From positions 1 through 42,240 of the forward strand of contig DASQBE010000157.1 of assembly GCA_035635355.1 (NCBI GenBank): DNA of 42,240 bases. The letters are read 5' to 3'. How positions within the stretch are numbered: position 1 is the first letter of the stretch; each line of letters starts with the position of its first letter. The DNA comes from Candidatus Binatia bacterium. GTDB lineage: Bacteria; Eisenbacteria; RBG-16-71-46; SZUA-252. Under the pieces are notes generated by a model. It ran no database searches. It had not been told where the DNA came from and was given only the letters and a program-made list of their open reading frames with translations. Below are positions 20,377-28,471 of the stretch, one piece after another. Position numbers and translations under genes: made by a program.

Positions 20377-21762
20377 TTGAGGGTCACCTTCTGGGGCGCC
20401 GCGCGAACCGTCACGGGATCCAAGCACCTCCTCACGGGCCGGTCGGGCGTGATGCTGCTCGATTGCGGCCTCTTTCAGGGAAGGCGGGCGGAAGCGGAGG
20501 CCCGGAACCGGGCGCTTCCGTTTTCCGCGGCCACCGTGGATTGCATGATTCTATCGCACGCGCACATCGACCACTCGGGGGCCATTCCGTTCCTCTGCAA
20601 GCAGGGGTTCGCGGGGCCGATCCATGCCACCGCGGCGACCGCGGACCTGTGCCGCGCGATGCTTCTCGACGCGGCCCACATCCAGGTCAAGGACGCCGAG
20701 TTCGTGAACCGTCACCACCGCAAGCCCTCCCAGACGCCGGTGACGCCTCTCTACACGCCGGCGGACGTGGAGCGGGCGCTCACCCAGCTCGTTCCGCACG
20801 CGTACGAGGAGCCCTTCGAGCCGCTCGAGCGCGTGCATGTCTCCCTTCATGAGGCGGGTCACATCCCGGGCTCGGCGTTCGTGAGCGTCGGTTGGGAAGA
20901 GAACGGAAGGGCGGGCTCGCTCGTCTTCTCGGGAGACCTGGGGCGGTCCCACCGGCCGATCCTCCGCGATCCGGCTCCGCTTCCGAAGGCGGACTATCTC
21001 GTGATCGAGGGAACGTACGGCGGGAAGCATCACCCGGACGAGGTCACCCTGCACGAGGCCCTGGAGCGGGTGGTTCGCGGCGCCCTGGAGCGGAAGGGCC
21101 GCGTCGTCATCCCCGCCTTCGCGGTGGGACGGACCCAGGAGGTCGTGCACGCGCTCGACCGCCTGTTCACCTCGGGCCGGGTTCCGGAGATCCCCATCTA
21201 CGTCGACAGCCCGCTTGCGTCCGAGATCCTCGTGGTCGTGGGGCGCCATCCCGAAGTCTACGACGACGAGACGGTGGCGGCGCTCCGCCGCGGCGAAGAC
21301 CCTCTCGGCATGCGCCGGATCACGCTGGTGCGCGACGCCGAGGACTCGAAGAAGCTGAACGAGAAGCCGGGCACGTTCATCACCATCGCGGCCTCCGGGA
21401 TGTGCGAGGGCGGGCGCGTCCTCCATCACCTCAAGCACACCGTCTCCGATCCGAAGCACACCATCGTCATCGTGGGCTACCAGGCCGAGGGGACGCTGGG
21501 GCGCCGCCTGGTGGAGCGCCGCGAGGAGGTGCGCATCTTCGGCGAGCCCTACCCGCTCCGCGCCACCGTCGAGGTGCTGAACGGATTCAGCGCGCACGCC
21601 GACCACGACACGCTCGTGGCGCAGGCCCGGTCGTGCGGCGCGAAGAAGGGCTGCGCCATCGTCCACGCGGATCTGGAGCGTGCGGAAGCGCTGCAGGCCG
21701 GCCTCGCTCCAGGAATCACGGCGCGCATCCCCTCGGAGGGGGACGTTTGGGAGCTCCGATGA
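20377..21762 (+). CDS. Beta-CASP family metallo-beta-lactamase-fold nuclease (CPSF73 / RNase J / TTHA0252-like).
   Basis: MRVTFWGAARTVTGSKHLL, MLLDCG, HAHIDHSG (HxHxDH), HEAGHIPGSA, FSGDLG, IEGTYG, GFSAHADHD, IVHAD. These cover the full set of MBL and beta-CASP motifs. TTG start 3 nt after the preceding stop. Confidence 0.85.
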   Translation: MRVTFWGAARTVTGSKHLLTGRSGVMLLDCGLFQGRRAEAEARNRALPFSAATVDCMILSHAHIDHSGAIPFLCKQGFAGPIHATAATADLCRAMLLDAAHIQVKDAEFVNRHHRKPSQTPVTPLYTPADVERALTQLVPHAYEEPFEPLERVHVSLHEAGHIPGSAFVSVGWEENGRAGSLVFSGDLGRSHRPILRDPAPLPKADYLVIEGTYGGKHHPDEVTLHEALERVVRGALERKGRVVIPAFAVGRTQEVVHALDRLFTSGRVPEIPIYVDSPLASEILVVVGRHPEVYDDETVAALRRGEDPLGMRRITLVRDAEDSKKLNEKPGTFITIAASGMCEGGRVLHHLKHTVSDPKHTIVIVGYQAEGTLGRRLVERREEVRIFGEPYPLRATVEVLNGFSAHADHDTLVAQARSCGAKKGCAIVHADLERAEALQAGLAPGITARIPSEGDVWELR

Positions 21763-23762
21763 TCCGCCCCGCGGGGCGCGCGCCGCGCGCGGGATTCCGC
21801 GTCGGGGACCGCGTGCATCACAAGGAATTCGGCGAGGGCCTGATCGTGGAGGTGCGCGAGCGGGACGGATTCGAGGTGCTGGAGATCGCGTTTCCCGACG
21901 GCATCCGGAGGCTCACGTCCCTCTACCCGCTCGAGACGGCCCGCGGCCAGGGCCGTCCGCGGGTCCCGGGCGCGCCGGCGGCGGAAGCGGAGCAGGCGCC
22001 CCCGCCGCTCTCGGGGGGGCTGGCGGTTCCGGCCCGTTCCCAGTTCCACGTGGCCGGCGAGTCGGAGGAGCTCTTCCGGAGGCTCCTCACGGGTCCCTTC
22101 GACGATGCCCGCGATTTCGAGCTGAGGCTACGGATCGAGCGGTTCACCCTGCACCGGGGGTTCGACCGGCTGCTCTCGCTCGACCTCCTCCACGACGTGC
22201 AGAAGTACGACCACCAGAGCGCCGCGTGCATGACCGTGCTTCGCCGGATGCGCGGGCGCGCGCTCCTCGCGGACGAGGTCGGGCTGGGCAAGACGATCGA
22301 GGCCGGCATCATCCTCAAGGAGTATCTCCTGCGCGGGCTGGTGCAGCGCGCGCTCATCCTCGTGCCCGCGTCGCTGGTGGAGCAATGGGACCAGGAGCTG
22401 CGCCGCAAGTTCGACCTGGAGTTCGCGGTCCTGAAGCACGGGACCGCGTGGTGGGAGGAGCCGCTCCTGCTCGCCTCGATGGATACCGCGAAGCTCCTGC
22501 GTCACCGGGACAAGGTGGCCGCGGCTTCGTTCGACCTCGTCGTGGTGGACGAAGCGCACCGCCTCAAGAACCAGAAGACCCTGGCCTGGAAGTTCCTCGA
22601 CCGGCTCGCGCCCCGCTACATCCTGCTCCTGACGGCGACGCCGGTGCAGAACGACCTGCACGAGCTCTACAACTTGATCCAGCTCCTTCGGCCCGGGCTC
22701 CTGGGCACCTACCGCACGTTCGGGCGCGAGTTCATGCGGCGCGGGGACAAGCGAATGCCGCAGAACACGAACCGGCTCGCGGCCCTCCTCTCGGAGACGA
22801 TGATCCGGACGACCCGCGCCAGCACGTCCATCCGGTTTCCGCGGCGCGAGGTCACGAACGTGCTCTTCGACCTCTCGGACGCGGAGCGGGAGCTCTACGA
22901 CAACGTGACGAAATTCGTGCGCAAGGTGCTGCACGCCCACCGCGCGCCGCACCGCGGGGCGATCAAGCTCACGCTCCTCACCCTCCAGAAGGAGATGGGC
23001 TCGAGCACCTTCGCGGCGATTCCGACCCTGAGCAAGCTTCTGGCCCGCGAGGGGCCGGGGCTGGAGCGCTCGGAGATGGAGGAGCTGCTCCGGCAGGCGC
23101 GCTCGATCGAGAAGAACTCGAAGATGGAGGGCATCGTCCGCCTGCTCGGCGGCTCGCGGGAAAAATTCGTGATCTTCACCCAGTTCCGGGCCACGCTGGA
23201 GTTCCTCGCCCGCACGCTCCGCGCCATGGGGATCAAGGTGGCGCTCTTTCACGGGGCGCTCTCCCTTCGCGAGAAGGAGGCGGCCATCGGCCAGTTCCGC
23301 GACCGGGCCCGCGTCCTGGTGAGCACCGAGGCGGGAGGGGAGGGGCGCAATCTCCAGTTCTGCCACTACCTCGTGAACTACGACCTGCCGTGGAACCCGA
23401 TGAGGATCGAGCAGCGGATCGGGCGTCTGCACCGCCTGGGGCAAACGCAGGACGTGAGGGTCTACAACTTCACCGCCCGGAACACCGTCGAGGCCTATGT
23501 GCTCCAGATCGTGCACGAGAAGATCAACCTCTTCCGCACCGTCATCGGCGACCTGGACATGGTGCTCGGCCCCTATGCCGAGGCGGGCTCCTTCGAGGAC
23601 GAGGTGTTCCGGATCTGGGCGGCCGCCAAGGGGGAGAAGGACCTGGACCGCGAGTTCGGAAAGCTGGGAACCGCGCTCCTGGTGGGACGGAAGCGCTACG
23701 AGGCGGTGGAAGAGCTGGACCGCAAGCTCCTGGACGAGGTCGATCAGAATGGCACGACCTAG
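21759..23762 (+). CDS. Snf2-family ATPase/translocase with an N-terminal Tudor/DUF3553-like domain.
   Basis: ATGA overlap with the upstream stop. Motif I ADEVGLGKT, motif II VVVDEAHRLKN, motif III LLLTATPVQND, motif V STEAGGEGRNLQ, motif VI QRIGRLHRLGQ. The N-terminus FRVGDRVHHKEFGEGLIVEV resembles the UvrD/PcrA C-terminal Tudor motif. Confidence 0.88.
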   Translation: MIRPAGRAPRAGFRVGDRVHHKEFGEGLIVEVRERDGFEVLEIAFPDGIRRLTSLYPLETARGQGRPRVPGAPAAEAEQAPPPLSGGLAVPARSQFHVAGESEELFRRLLTGPFDDARDFELRLRIERFTLHRGFDRLLSLDLLHDVQKYDHQSAACMTVLRRMRGRALLADEVGLGKTIEAGIILKEYLLRGLVQRALILVPASLVEQWDQELRRKFDLEFAVLKHGTAWWEEPLLLASMDTAKLLRHRDKVAAASFDLVVVDEAHRLKNQKTLAWKFLDRLAPRYILLLTATPVQNDLHELYNLIQLLRPGLLGTYRTFGREFMRRGDKRMPQNTNRLAALLSETMIRTTRASTSIRFPRREVTNVLFDLSDAERELYDNVTKFVRKVLHAHRAPHRGAIKLTLLTLQKEMGSSTFAAIPTLSKLLAREGPGLERSEMEELLRQARSIEKNSKMEGIVRLLGGSREKFVIFTQFRATLEFLARTLRAMGIKVALFHGALSLREKEAAIGQFRDRARVLVSTEAGGEGRNLQFCHYLVNYDLPWNPMRIEQRIGRLHRLGQTQDVRVYNFTARNTVEAYVLQIVHEKINLFRTVIGDLDMVLGPYAEAGSFEDEVFRIWAAAKGEKDLDREFGKLGTALLVGRKRYEAVEELDRKLLDEVDQNGTT

Positions 23763-24552
23763 GTCCGACCGGCGGCGCGTCGAGCTTCCGGAGATCCTCG
23801 CCTCGGTGCTGGAGGCGCGCGGGGCCGAGGTGTCGCGGGACGGAATGATCTGGGAGGCGGCGCTTTCCGGGGAGCTCCAATCCACCCTGGGCGTGGACCG
23901 GGTGCGCCTGGTCGCGGCGCCGGCGGGGCGCGCCGCGCGCGGAGCGGAGATGGATGCGGCGATGACGGAGCGCATCCTCCTCCTCGGGCGCTCGCACGGC
24001 CAGGTCACGCAGCTGGTCGCGCCGATGCCGCGGGCCAAGGGTGCCGCGTCCGAGCCGCGGATCTGGGTGCGCCTGCACTGGAGGATCCGGTACGGGAGCG
24101 ACGAGATTCCCGAGGAGCTCCTGGTGCAGGAGCTCCCCATCGGGAGCTCCGGGGGCGGACGGGCGCCGAAGGACTCCCTGGTGCGTCCGGCGACACCCCA
24201 GGAGGCGGAGCGGCTCCCTCGCCCCGATCCGGAGGCGCTCGACGCCACATGGACCCGGGCCCTTCGGCTTCTCGAGGGGCGGGCGCGCCGGAAGCTGCGT
24301 CCGCACGAGGACCGCGCGCGGCGGGAGCTGCACCGCGAGATGCGCACCCTGAGCAGCCACTACCGCTCGCTCATCGCCGAGGAGCGGGCGGGCCGGGCGC
24401 GGCGTCCGGAGGATCGGGAGGCCGGGCGGATGCTCCAGCTCAAGGAGGACTGGGAGCGGAAGCTGGTCCAGGTCATCCGGCAGCGCGCCTTCGAGACCGA
24501 GGCGACGCTGGTGGCGGCCGCCCTCGTCTACGGGATGGGGCAGGGCGTTTGA
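23749..24552 (+). CDS. Uncharacterised 267-aa protein, possibly YqhG family (the partner of the Snf2 protein YqhH in Bacillus).
   Basis: The ATG at 23749 overlaps the Snf2 gene end by 14 nt. The protein is Arg/Glu-rich with a coiled-coil-like C-terminal half, and I recognise no catalytic motif. The family assignment comes from recalled synteny and overall layout, not from an alignment. Confidence 0.4.
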   Translation: MARPRSDRRRVELPEILASVLEARGAEVSRDGMIWEAALSGELQSTLGVDRVRLVAAPAGRAARGAEMDAAMTERILLLGRSHGQVTQLVAPMPRAKGAASEPRIWVRLHWRIRYGSDEIPEELLVQELPIGSSGGGRAPKDSLVRPATPQEAERLPRPDPEALDATWTRALRLLEGRARRKLRPHEDRARRELHREMRTLSSHYRSLIAEERAGRARRPEDREAGRMLQLKEDWERKLVQVIRQRAFETEATLVAAALVYGMGQGV

Positions 24553-24577
24553 CACGCGGGCCGGCGGGGGTTACAAT
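24549..24577 (+). promoter_or_regulatory. Near-consensus sigma-70 promoter for the TPR gene.
   Basis: TTGACA (24549-24554), an exact 17-nt spacer, then TACAAT (24572-24577). GGAGA lies 7 nt before the ATG at 24608. The -35 element overlaps the stop codon of the upstream gene. Confidence 0.7.
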
Positions 24578-24607
24578 CGCCCGCTCTCACTCCATGGAGA
24601 TCGATTC

Positions 24608-25306
24608 ATGACGACTCGGCTGGTCAAGCACCAGAAGCTCACCAAACGCCAGATCAAAGAGGATCCGCTGGTCACCGCGGCGTTCCGTGGCACCCAGATC
24701 TGGGAGGAGCACGGAAGCCGGATCCTCCTGGGCCTGGGAGCGGTCGTGCTCGTGGTGATTCTGGTGTTCTTCGTCTCCCGCACGCGCGCGCAGTCCGAGG
24801 AACGCGCGGCCGCTGACCTCTTCCGGGCGCAGATGTCGGTGGGTCAGAACGACTATGCCACCGCCGTGCAGATGCTACGGGAGATCGTGGACGCGGCGCC
24901 CGGAACCAAGGCGGCCCGGAGCGCGATGCTCTTTCTCGGGGACGCCTATCTGGGGCAGGGCAAGCCGGCCGAGGCGGTGAACTGGTATCGCAAGGCGCTC
25001 GCCAAGGCGGGGAACGACCCGACGGCCAAGGAGGCCTCCGTGCACGGCCTGGCCTCGGCCCTCGAGGACCGCGGCGATTTCGCCCAGGCCGCCAACACCT
25101 ACGCGGATTTGGCCAAGCTGCAGACCACCGACAACGACCGCGGCCGCGCGATGCTCGCCGAGGCGCGCTGTCTCGCCAAGGCCGGGCAGGGTCCCAAGGC
25201 CATCGCCGTGTATCAATCGGTGCAGCGGCTCCCGGTCGTCGACTCCGACATCTGGAATGCGGCCGGCGTCGGCATGGGCGAGCTCTCCACCGGCACTACC
25301 CCCTAG
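24608..25306 (+). CDS. N-terminally membrane-anchored tetratricopeptide-repeat protein (YfgM-like architecture).
   Basis: Charged N-terminus, a single TM helix (ILLGLGAVVLVVILVFFV), then TPR-like helices (LGDAYLGQGKPAEAVNWYRKAL...). Confidence 0.6.
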   Translation: MTTRLVKHQKLTKRQIKEDPLVTAAFRGTQIWEEHGSRILLGLGAVVLVVILVFFVSRTRAQSEERAAADLFRAQMSVGQNDYATAVQMLREIVDAAPGTKAARSAMLFLGDAYLGQGKPAEAVNWYRKALAKAGNDPTAKEASVHGLASALEDRGDFAQAANTYADLAKLQTTDNDRGRAMLAEARCLAKAGQGPKAIAVYQSVQRLPVVDSDIWNAAGVGMGELSTGTTP

Positions 25307-25319
25307 CCGCGCCGCCTTC

Positions 25320-27482
25320 ATGGCGGGTCCCGTCCTGCTCGCGCTGGTGTGGCACATGCACCAGCCCTCCTACCGCGACGCGCTTACCGGCCGGACCCTT
25401 CTTCCCTGGACCCGCCTCCACGCCACCAAGGACTACGCCGACATGGTGACGACCCTTCGCCGCCATCCGCGCGTCCACGCCACGTTCAACGTGACGCCGG
25501 TTCTCCTGGACCAGCTCGAGGCCATCGGCTCGGGGGACATCGATACGTTCCTGGAGCTGGCGAGAAAGCCCGCGGAGGCGGTCACGCTGGAGGAGCAGCG
25601 TTTTCTCGCGAGACACTTCTTCAGCGTGAACGAGGCGCGGATGCTCGACCCGTATCCGCGGTACCGCGAGCTCAAGGCGCGCTCGGCTCAGACGTTTGGC
25701 CCGCGGGGGCCCCAGGAGCCCCGGCTCGCGCCGGAGGAGATCCGCGACCTCCAGACGTGGTTCCACCTCGCCTGGGTCGATCCCGAGTATCGAGGCGAGG
25801 AGCCCATTCGATCGCTCTTGGCGAAGGGAAGAGGGTTCACGGAGGAGGAGAAGCGGGCGCTCCTCGATTGGGGCGTGGCCCTGGCGGCGCGGGTCGTGGG
25901 GGTCTATCGCGAAGCCGCGAACGCGGGGCAGATCGAGCTCACCACCTCCGCGTACCACCATCCGATCCTGCCCCTTCTCGAGAGCACCGAGTCGCCGCGC
26001 GAGGTCTCGGCGTCGATCCCGCTCCCTCATCCGCCCTTCCGGGCTCCGGAAGACGCAATACTGCATATAAGGCGGGCCCGCGAGACCCACGCGAAGCGCT
26101 TCGGCGCGCCACCGGCGGGGACATGGCCGCCCGAGGGGGCGGTGAGCCAGGAGGCGCTCACGCTCCTGCGCGAGGCGGGATTCGCCTGGTGCGCGTCGGA
26201 CGAGACGGTTCTGGCGCGCGCCCTGGGACGCCCGGAGCCGGGCGGGGATGGCTGGGCGGGCGCGCTCTACCGCCCCTACAGCGTGGAGACCCGGGCCGGC
26301 GGGCTCTCGATGGTGTTCCGCGACCGCGGCCTCTCGGACCGGATCGGCTTCACGTACGCGTCCTGGGATCCCGAGCGTGCGGCCGAGGATTTCGTGGCGC
26401 GGGTTCTCGAGTGCGGCGCGCGCGCCCGGCAGGACGGGGTCGCGGATCCCATCGTCACGGTGATTCTGGACGGCGAGAACTGCTGGGAATCCTATCCCGA
26501 GGACGGCCACGCATTTCTCGAGGCGCTCTATCGGCGGCTCGCGGGGGAGGCGGGCGTCTCGGCCGTGACGGTGGGGGAGGCGCTCGCGCGGCGCGCGCCC
26601 ACCGAGACGATCCGCCACGTGCCCGTCGGATCCTGGATCGCCCCGGACCTCTCGGTCTGGGTGGGACACGCCGAGAAGAATCGAGCGTGGTCCGAGATCC
26701 GGCGCGCGCGGGAGCGATTCCAGGAGGCGGCTCAGAGCCGCGCCCTGCCCGTCGAGCGTCTGGATCGGGCGCACGACGAGATCCTCGTGGCGGAAGCGAG
26801 CGATTGGTTCTGGTGGTACGGCGACGACCACCAGAGCGCGCACAAGGATGAATTCGATGTTTTGTTCCGCTCTCACCTGATCTGCGCGTACAACCTTCTC
26901 GGCCTTCCCGCGCCCGCCGCGGTGAGGCGAACCCTGCGCGGCGCGGGGGCGGAGGCGGAGCCCAACGGGGAGCGCTTGCCGTTCGTGGCACCGAGCCTGG
27001 ATGGCCGCGACACCCACTTCTACGAATGGCGGAACGCGGAGCTCTACGACGCCGCCTCCGATCAGGGCGCCGACCACAGGACGAGCGGAATCATCCGGCG
27101 GATTCTCTTCGGCCTGAACGAGCGGGATCTCTTCCTGCGCGTGGACGGGGTGGGATCCGCCGCGAAGCCCGGCAGCGCCATCGTGCTCCGCTTCCTGCTT
27201 CCGCGGGCCATCGAAGCGCGGGCGGAGCTCTCGGGCGCATCCCGCGGCCCGCTCCGTTGGATTCCGGCGTCGGACGCGGATCCAGGTGAATTCGCGGCGG
27301 GCGCCCTGACCGAGATCCGAGTTCCGCTCGCGGTCCTGGGAGCGGGGCCCAAGACGGTCCTTCGATGGTCGATCGCGCTGGAGGAGTCCGGGGAGGTCGC
27401 CGAGACCCTTCCTAGGACGGGAGAGCTCACCGCGACGACCCTCGACGCCGACTTCGCCACCCGAAACTGGTCGGCCACCTGA
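25320..27482 (+). CDS. Glycoside hydrolase family 57 protein (alpha-glucan-active amylase, branching or debranching type).
   Basis: GH57 signatures: LVWHMHQPSYRD, TSAYHHPILPLL, GTWPPEGAVS (nucleophile Glu region), VILDGENCWE (acid/base Asp region), ASDWFWWYG. Confidence 0.85.
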   Translation: MAGPVLLALVWHMHQPSYRDALTGRTLLPWTRLHATKDYADMVTTLRRHPRVHATFNVTPVLLDQLEAIGSGDIDTFLELARKPAEAVTLEEQRFLARHFFSVNEARMLDPYPRYRELKARSAQTFGPRGPQEPRLAPEEIRDLQTWFHLAWVDPEYRGEEPIRSLLAKGRGFTEEEKRALLDWGVALAARVVGVYREAANAGQIELTTSAYHHPILPLLESTESPREVSASIPLPHPPFRAPEDAILHIRRARETHAKRFGAPPAGTWPPEGAVSQEALTLLREAGFAWCASDETVLARALGRPEPGGDGWAGALYRPYSVETRAGGLSMVFRDRGLSDRIGFTYASWDPERAAEDFVARVLECGARARQDGVADPIVTVILDGENCWESYPEDGHAFLEALYRRLAGEAGVSAVTVGEALARRAPTETIRHVPVGSWIAPDLSVWVGHAEKNRAWSEIRRARERFQEAAQSRALPVERLDRAHDEILVAEASDWFWWYGDDHQSAHKDEFDVLFRSHLICAYNLLGLPAPAAVRRTLRGAGAEAEPNGERLPFVAPSLDGRDTHFYEWRNAELYDAASDQGADHRTSGIIRRILFGLNERDLFLRVDGVGSAAKPGSAIVLRFLLPRAIEARAELSGASRGPLRWIPASDADPGEFAAGALTEIRVPLAVLGAGPKTVLRWSIALEESGEVAETLPRTGELTATTLDADFATRNWSAT

Positions 27483-27487
27483 GGCGC

Positions 27488-27949
27488 GTGGCCCCGATTC
27501 TGGCATACGGGCGCGGCGGAACGCGTCTCCGCACCCTTGACGCTCCAGGCGGGGCGTGCTATTCCTGGCTGGTGACGACCGCGTCGCCGTACGATTCGAT
27601 CCGCCCCGAAGACGTGGAGCGCGGGCGCCTTCTCGCCGCGGTCGCGTACCTTCCGGGGCTCTGCTTCCTGGGTCTCCTGGGAGCGCCCGAGAACGCGTTC
27701 ATTGGATTCCACGCCCGGCAGGGATTCCTCCTTTTCGCCGTCGAGGTGGCCCTGGTGGTCTTCTTCTGCATCTACGACGGCACCCTCGGGAGGATCCCGT
27801 ACGTGGGCCCCTTCATCGGCTACGTCGTGAAGTTCCTCGTCTGGACGTCGATCCTGCTCCTGACCGCGTTCGCGGTCGCCAAGGCCGCCAACGGCGAGAC
27901 GACCCGTCTGCCGTATCTGGGCGACCACGTGGAACGGGTGCCGTTCTGA
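27488..27949 (+). CDS. DUF4870-like small integral membrane protein. The start is uncertain (27488 or a leaderless GTG at 27572).
   Basis: LLAAVAYLPGLCFLGLLGAPENAFIGFHARQGFLLFAVEVALVVF fits the DUF4870 pattern (YLxxL...F..FHAxQ). Three to four predicted TM helices. Confidence 0.6.
   Translation: MAPILAYGRGGTRLRTLDAPGGACYSWLVTTASPYDSIRPEDVERGRLLAAVAYLPGLCFLGLLGAPENAFIGFHARQGFLLFAVEVALVVFFCIYDGTLGRIPYVGPFIGYVVKFLVWTSILLLTAFAVAKAANGETTRLPYLGDHVERVPF
27537..27565 (+). promoter_or_regulatory. Candidate sigma-70 promoter internal to the annotated 5' end of the next ORF.
   Basis: TTGACG (27537-27542), a 17-nt spacer, then TATTCC (27560-27565). An in-frame GTG at 27572 lies 6 nt after the -10 element. 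Confidence 0.35.
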
Positions 27950-28314
27950 TGGCGGCCCCGACCGAAAAGCGATTCTGGCTGCTGCGGCGGCTTTCGAAGG
28001 TGATGAGCGTCCTGGCGTGGGTGGTCCTCGTCATCATCGCCCTGGTGGTTCCGGTGGGGTTTGCGAGGGCGGTCATGGCCCGGTCGCAGGAGGACTTCAT
28101 GGCCACCCTGGCCTACGGGGTCTCCGGCGGGTTCATCTTCATCTACCTGCTCTACATGGCCCAATGGATCCAGGTGATCCTGGCGGTGGAGGAAAACACC
28201 AAGCAAGCAACCTACGTGCTGGAGAAGCTCACGACCCTCACGCAGCAGATGAGGGACCGCCTGGGCGAGGCCTCCGAGACCACGCGACGGGAAGCCGAGG
28301 AGAAGTTCGAGTAA
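27949..28314 (+). CDS. Hypothetical 121-aa protein with two TM helices and a charged, coiled-coil-like C-terminus.
   Basis: The ATG shares one base with the upstream TGA (TGATG). Hydrophobic segments VMSVLAWVVLVIIALVVPVGF and GVSGGFIFIYLLYMAQWIQVILAV. High GC3 in this frame. Confidence 0.55.
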   Translation: MAAPTEKRFWLLRRLSKVMSVLAWVVLVIIALVVPVGFARAVMARSQEDFMATLAYGVSGGFIFIYLLYMAQWIQVILAVEENTKQATYVLEKLTTLTQQMRDRLGEASETTRREAEEKFE

Positions 28315-28471
28315 TTTGGGTGTCCGTTCCTTTGGGATGCCGCACCCTGAGATATGTCGTAGAAGAGATATTATGTCAACTACGATCCGGGGAGCCATTC
28401 GGCCGGCCGGCCGCAGGTTGACCGGATATCCTGTGATTCCCTGCCGCCCATCGCCGGATTGGGAGCCTCAG

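Noticed and set aside
28316-28471. N-terminal extension of the lipoprotein ORF (ORF-track start at 28316), and a TTGACC at about 28418 considered as a promoter.
   Set aside because: The extension lacks a signal peptide and lies in AT-rich non-coding-looking DNA. The Met at 28472 has a GGGAG RBS and is followed directly by a lipoprotein signal peptide. No acceptable -10 hexamer lies 16-19 nt after the TTGACC.
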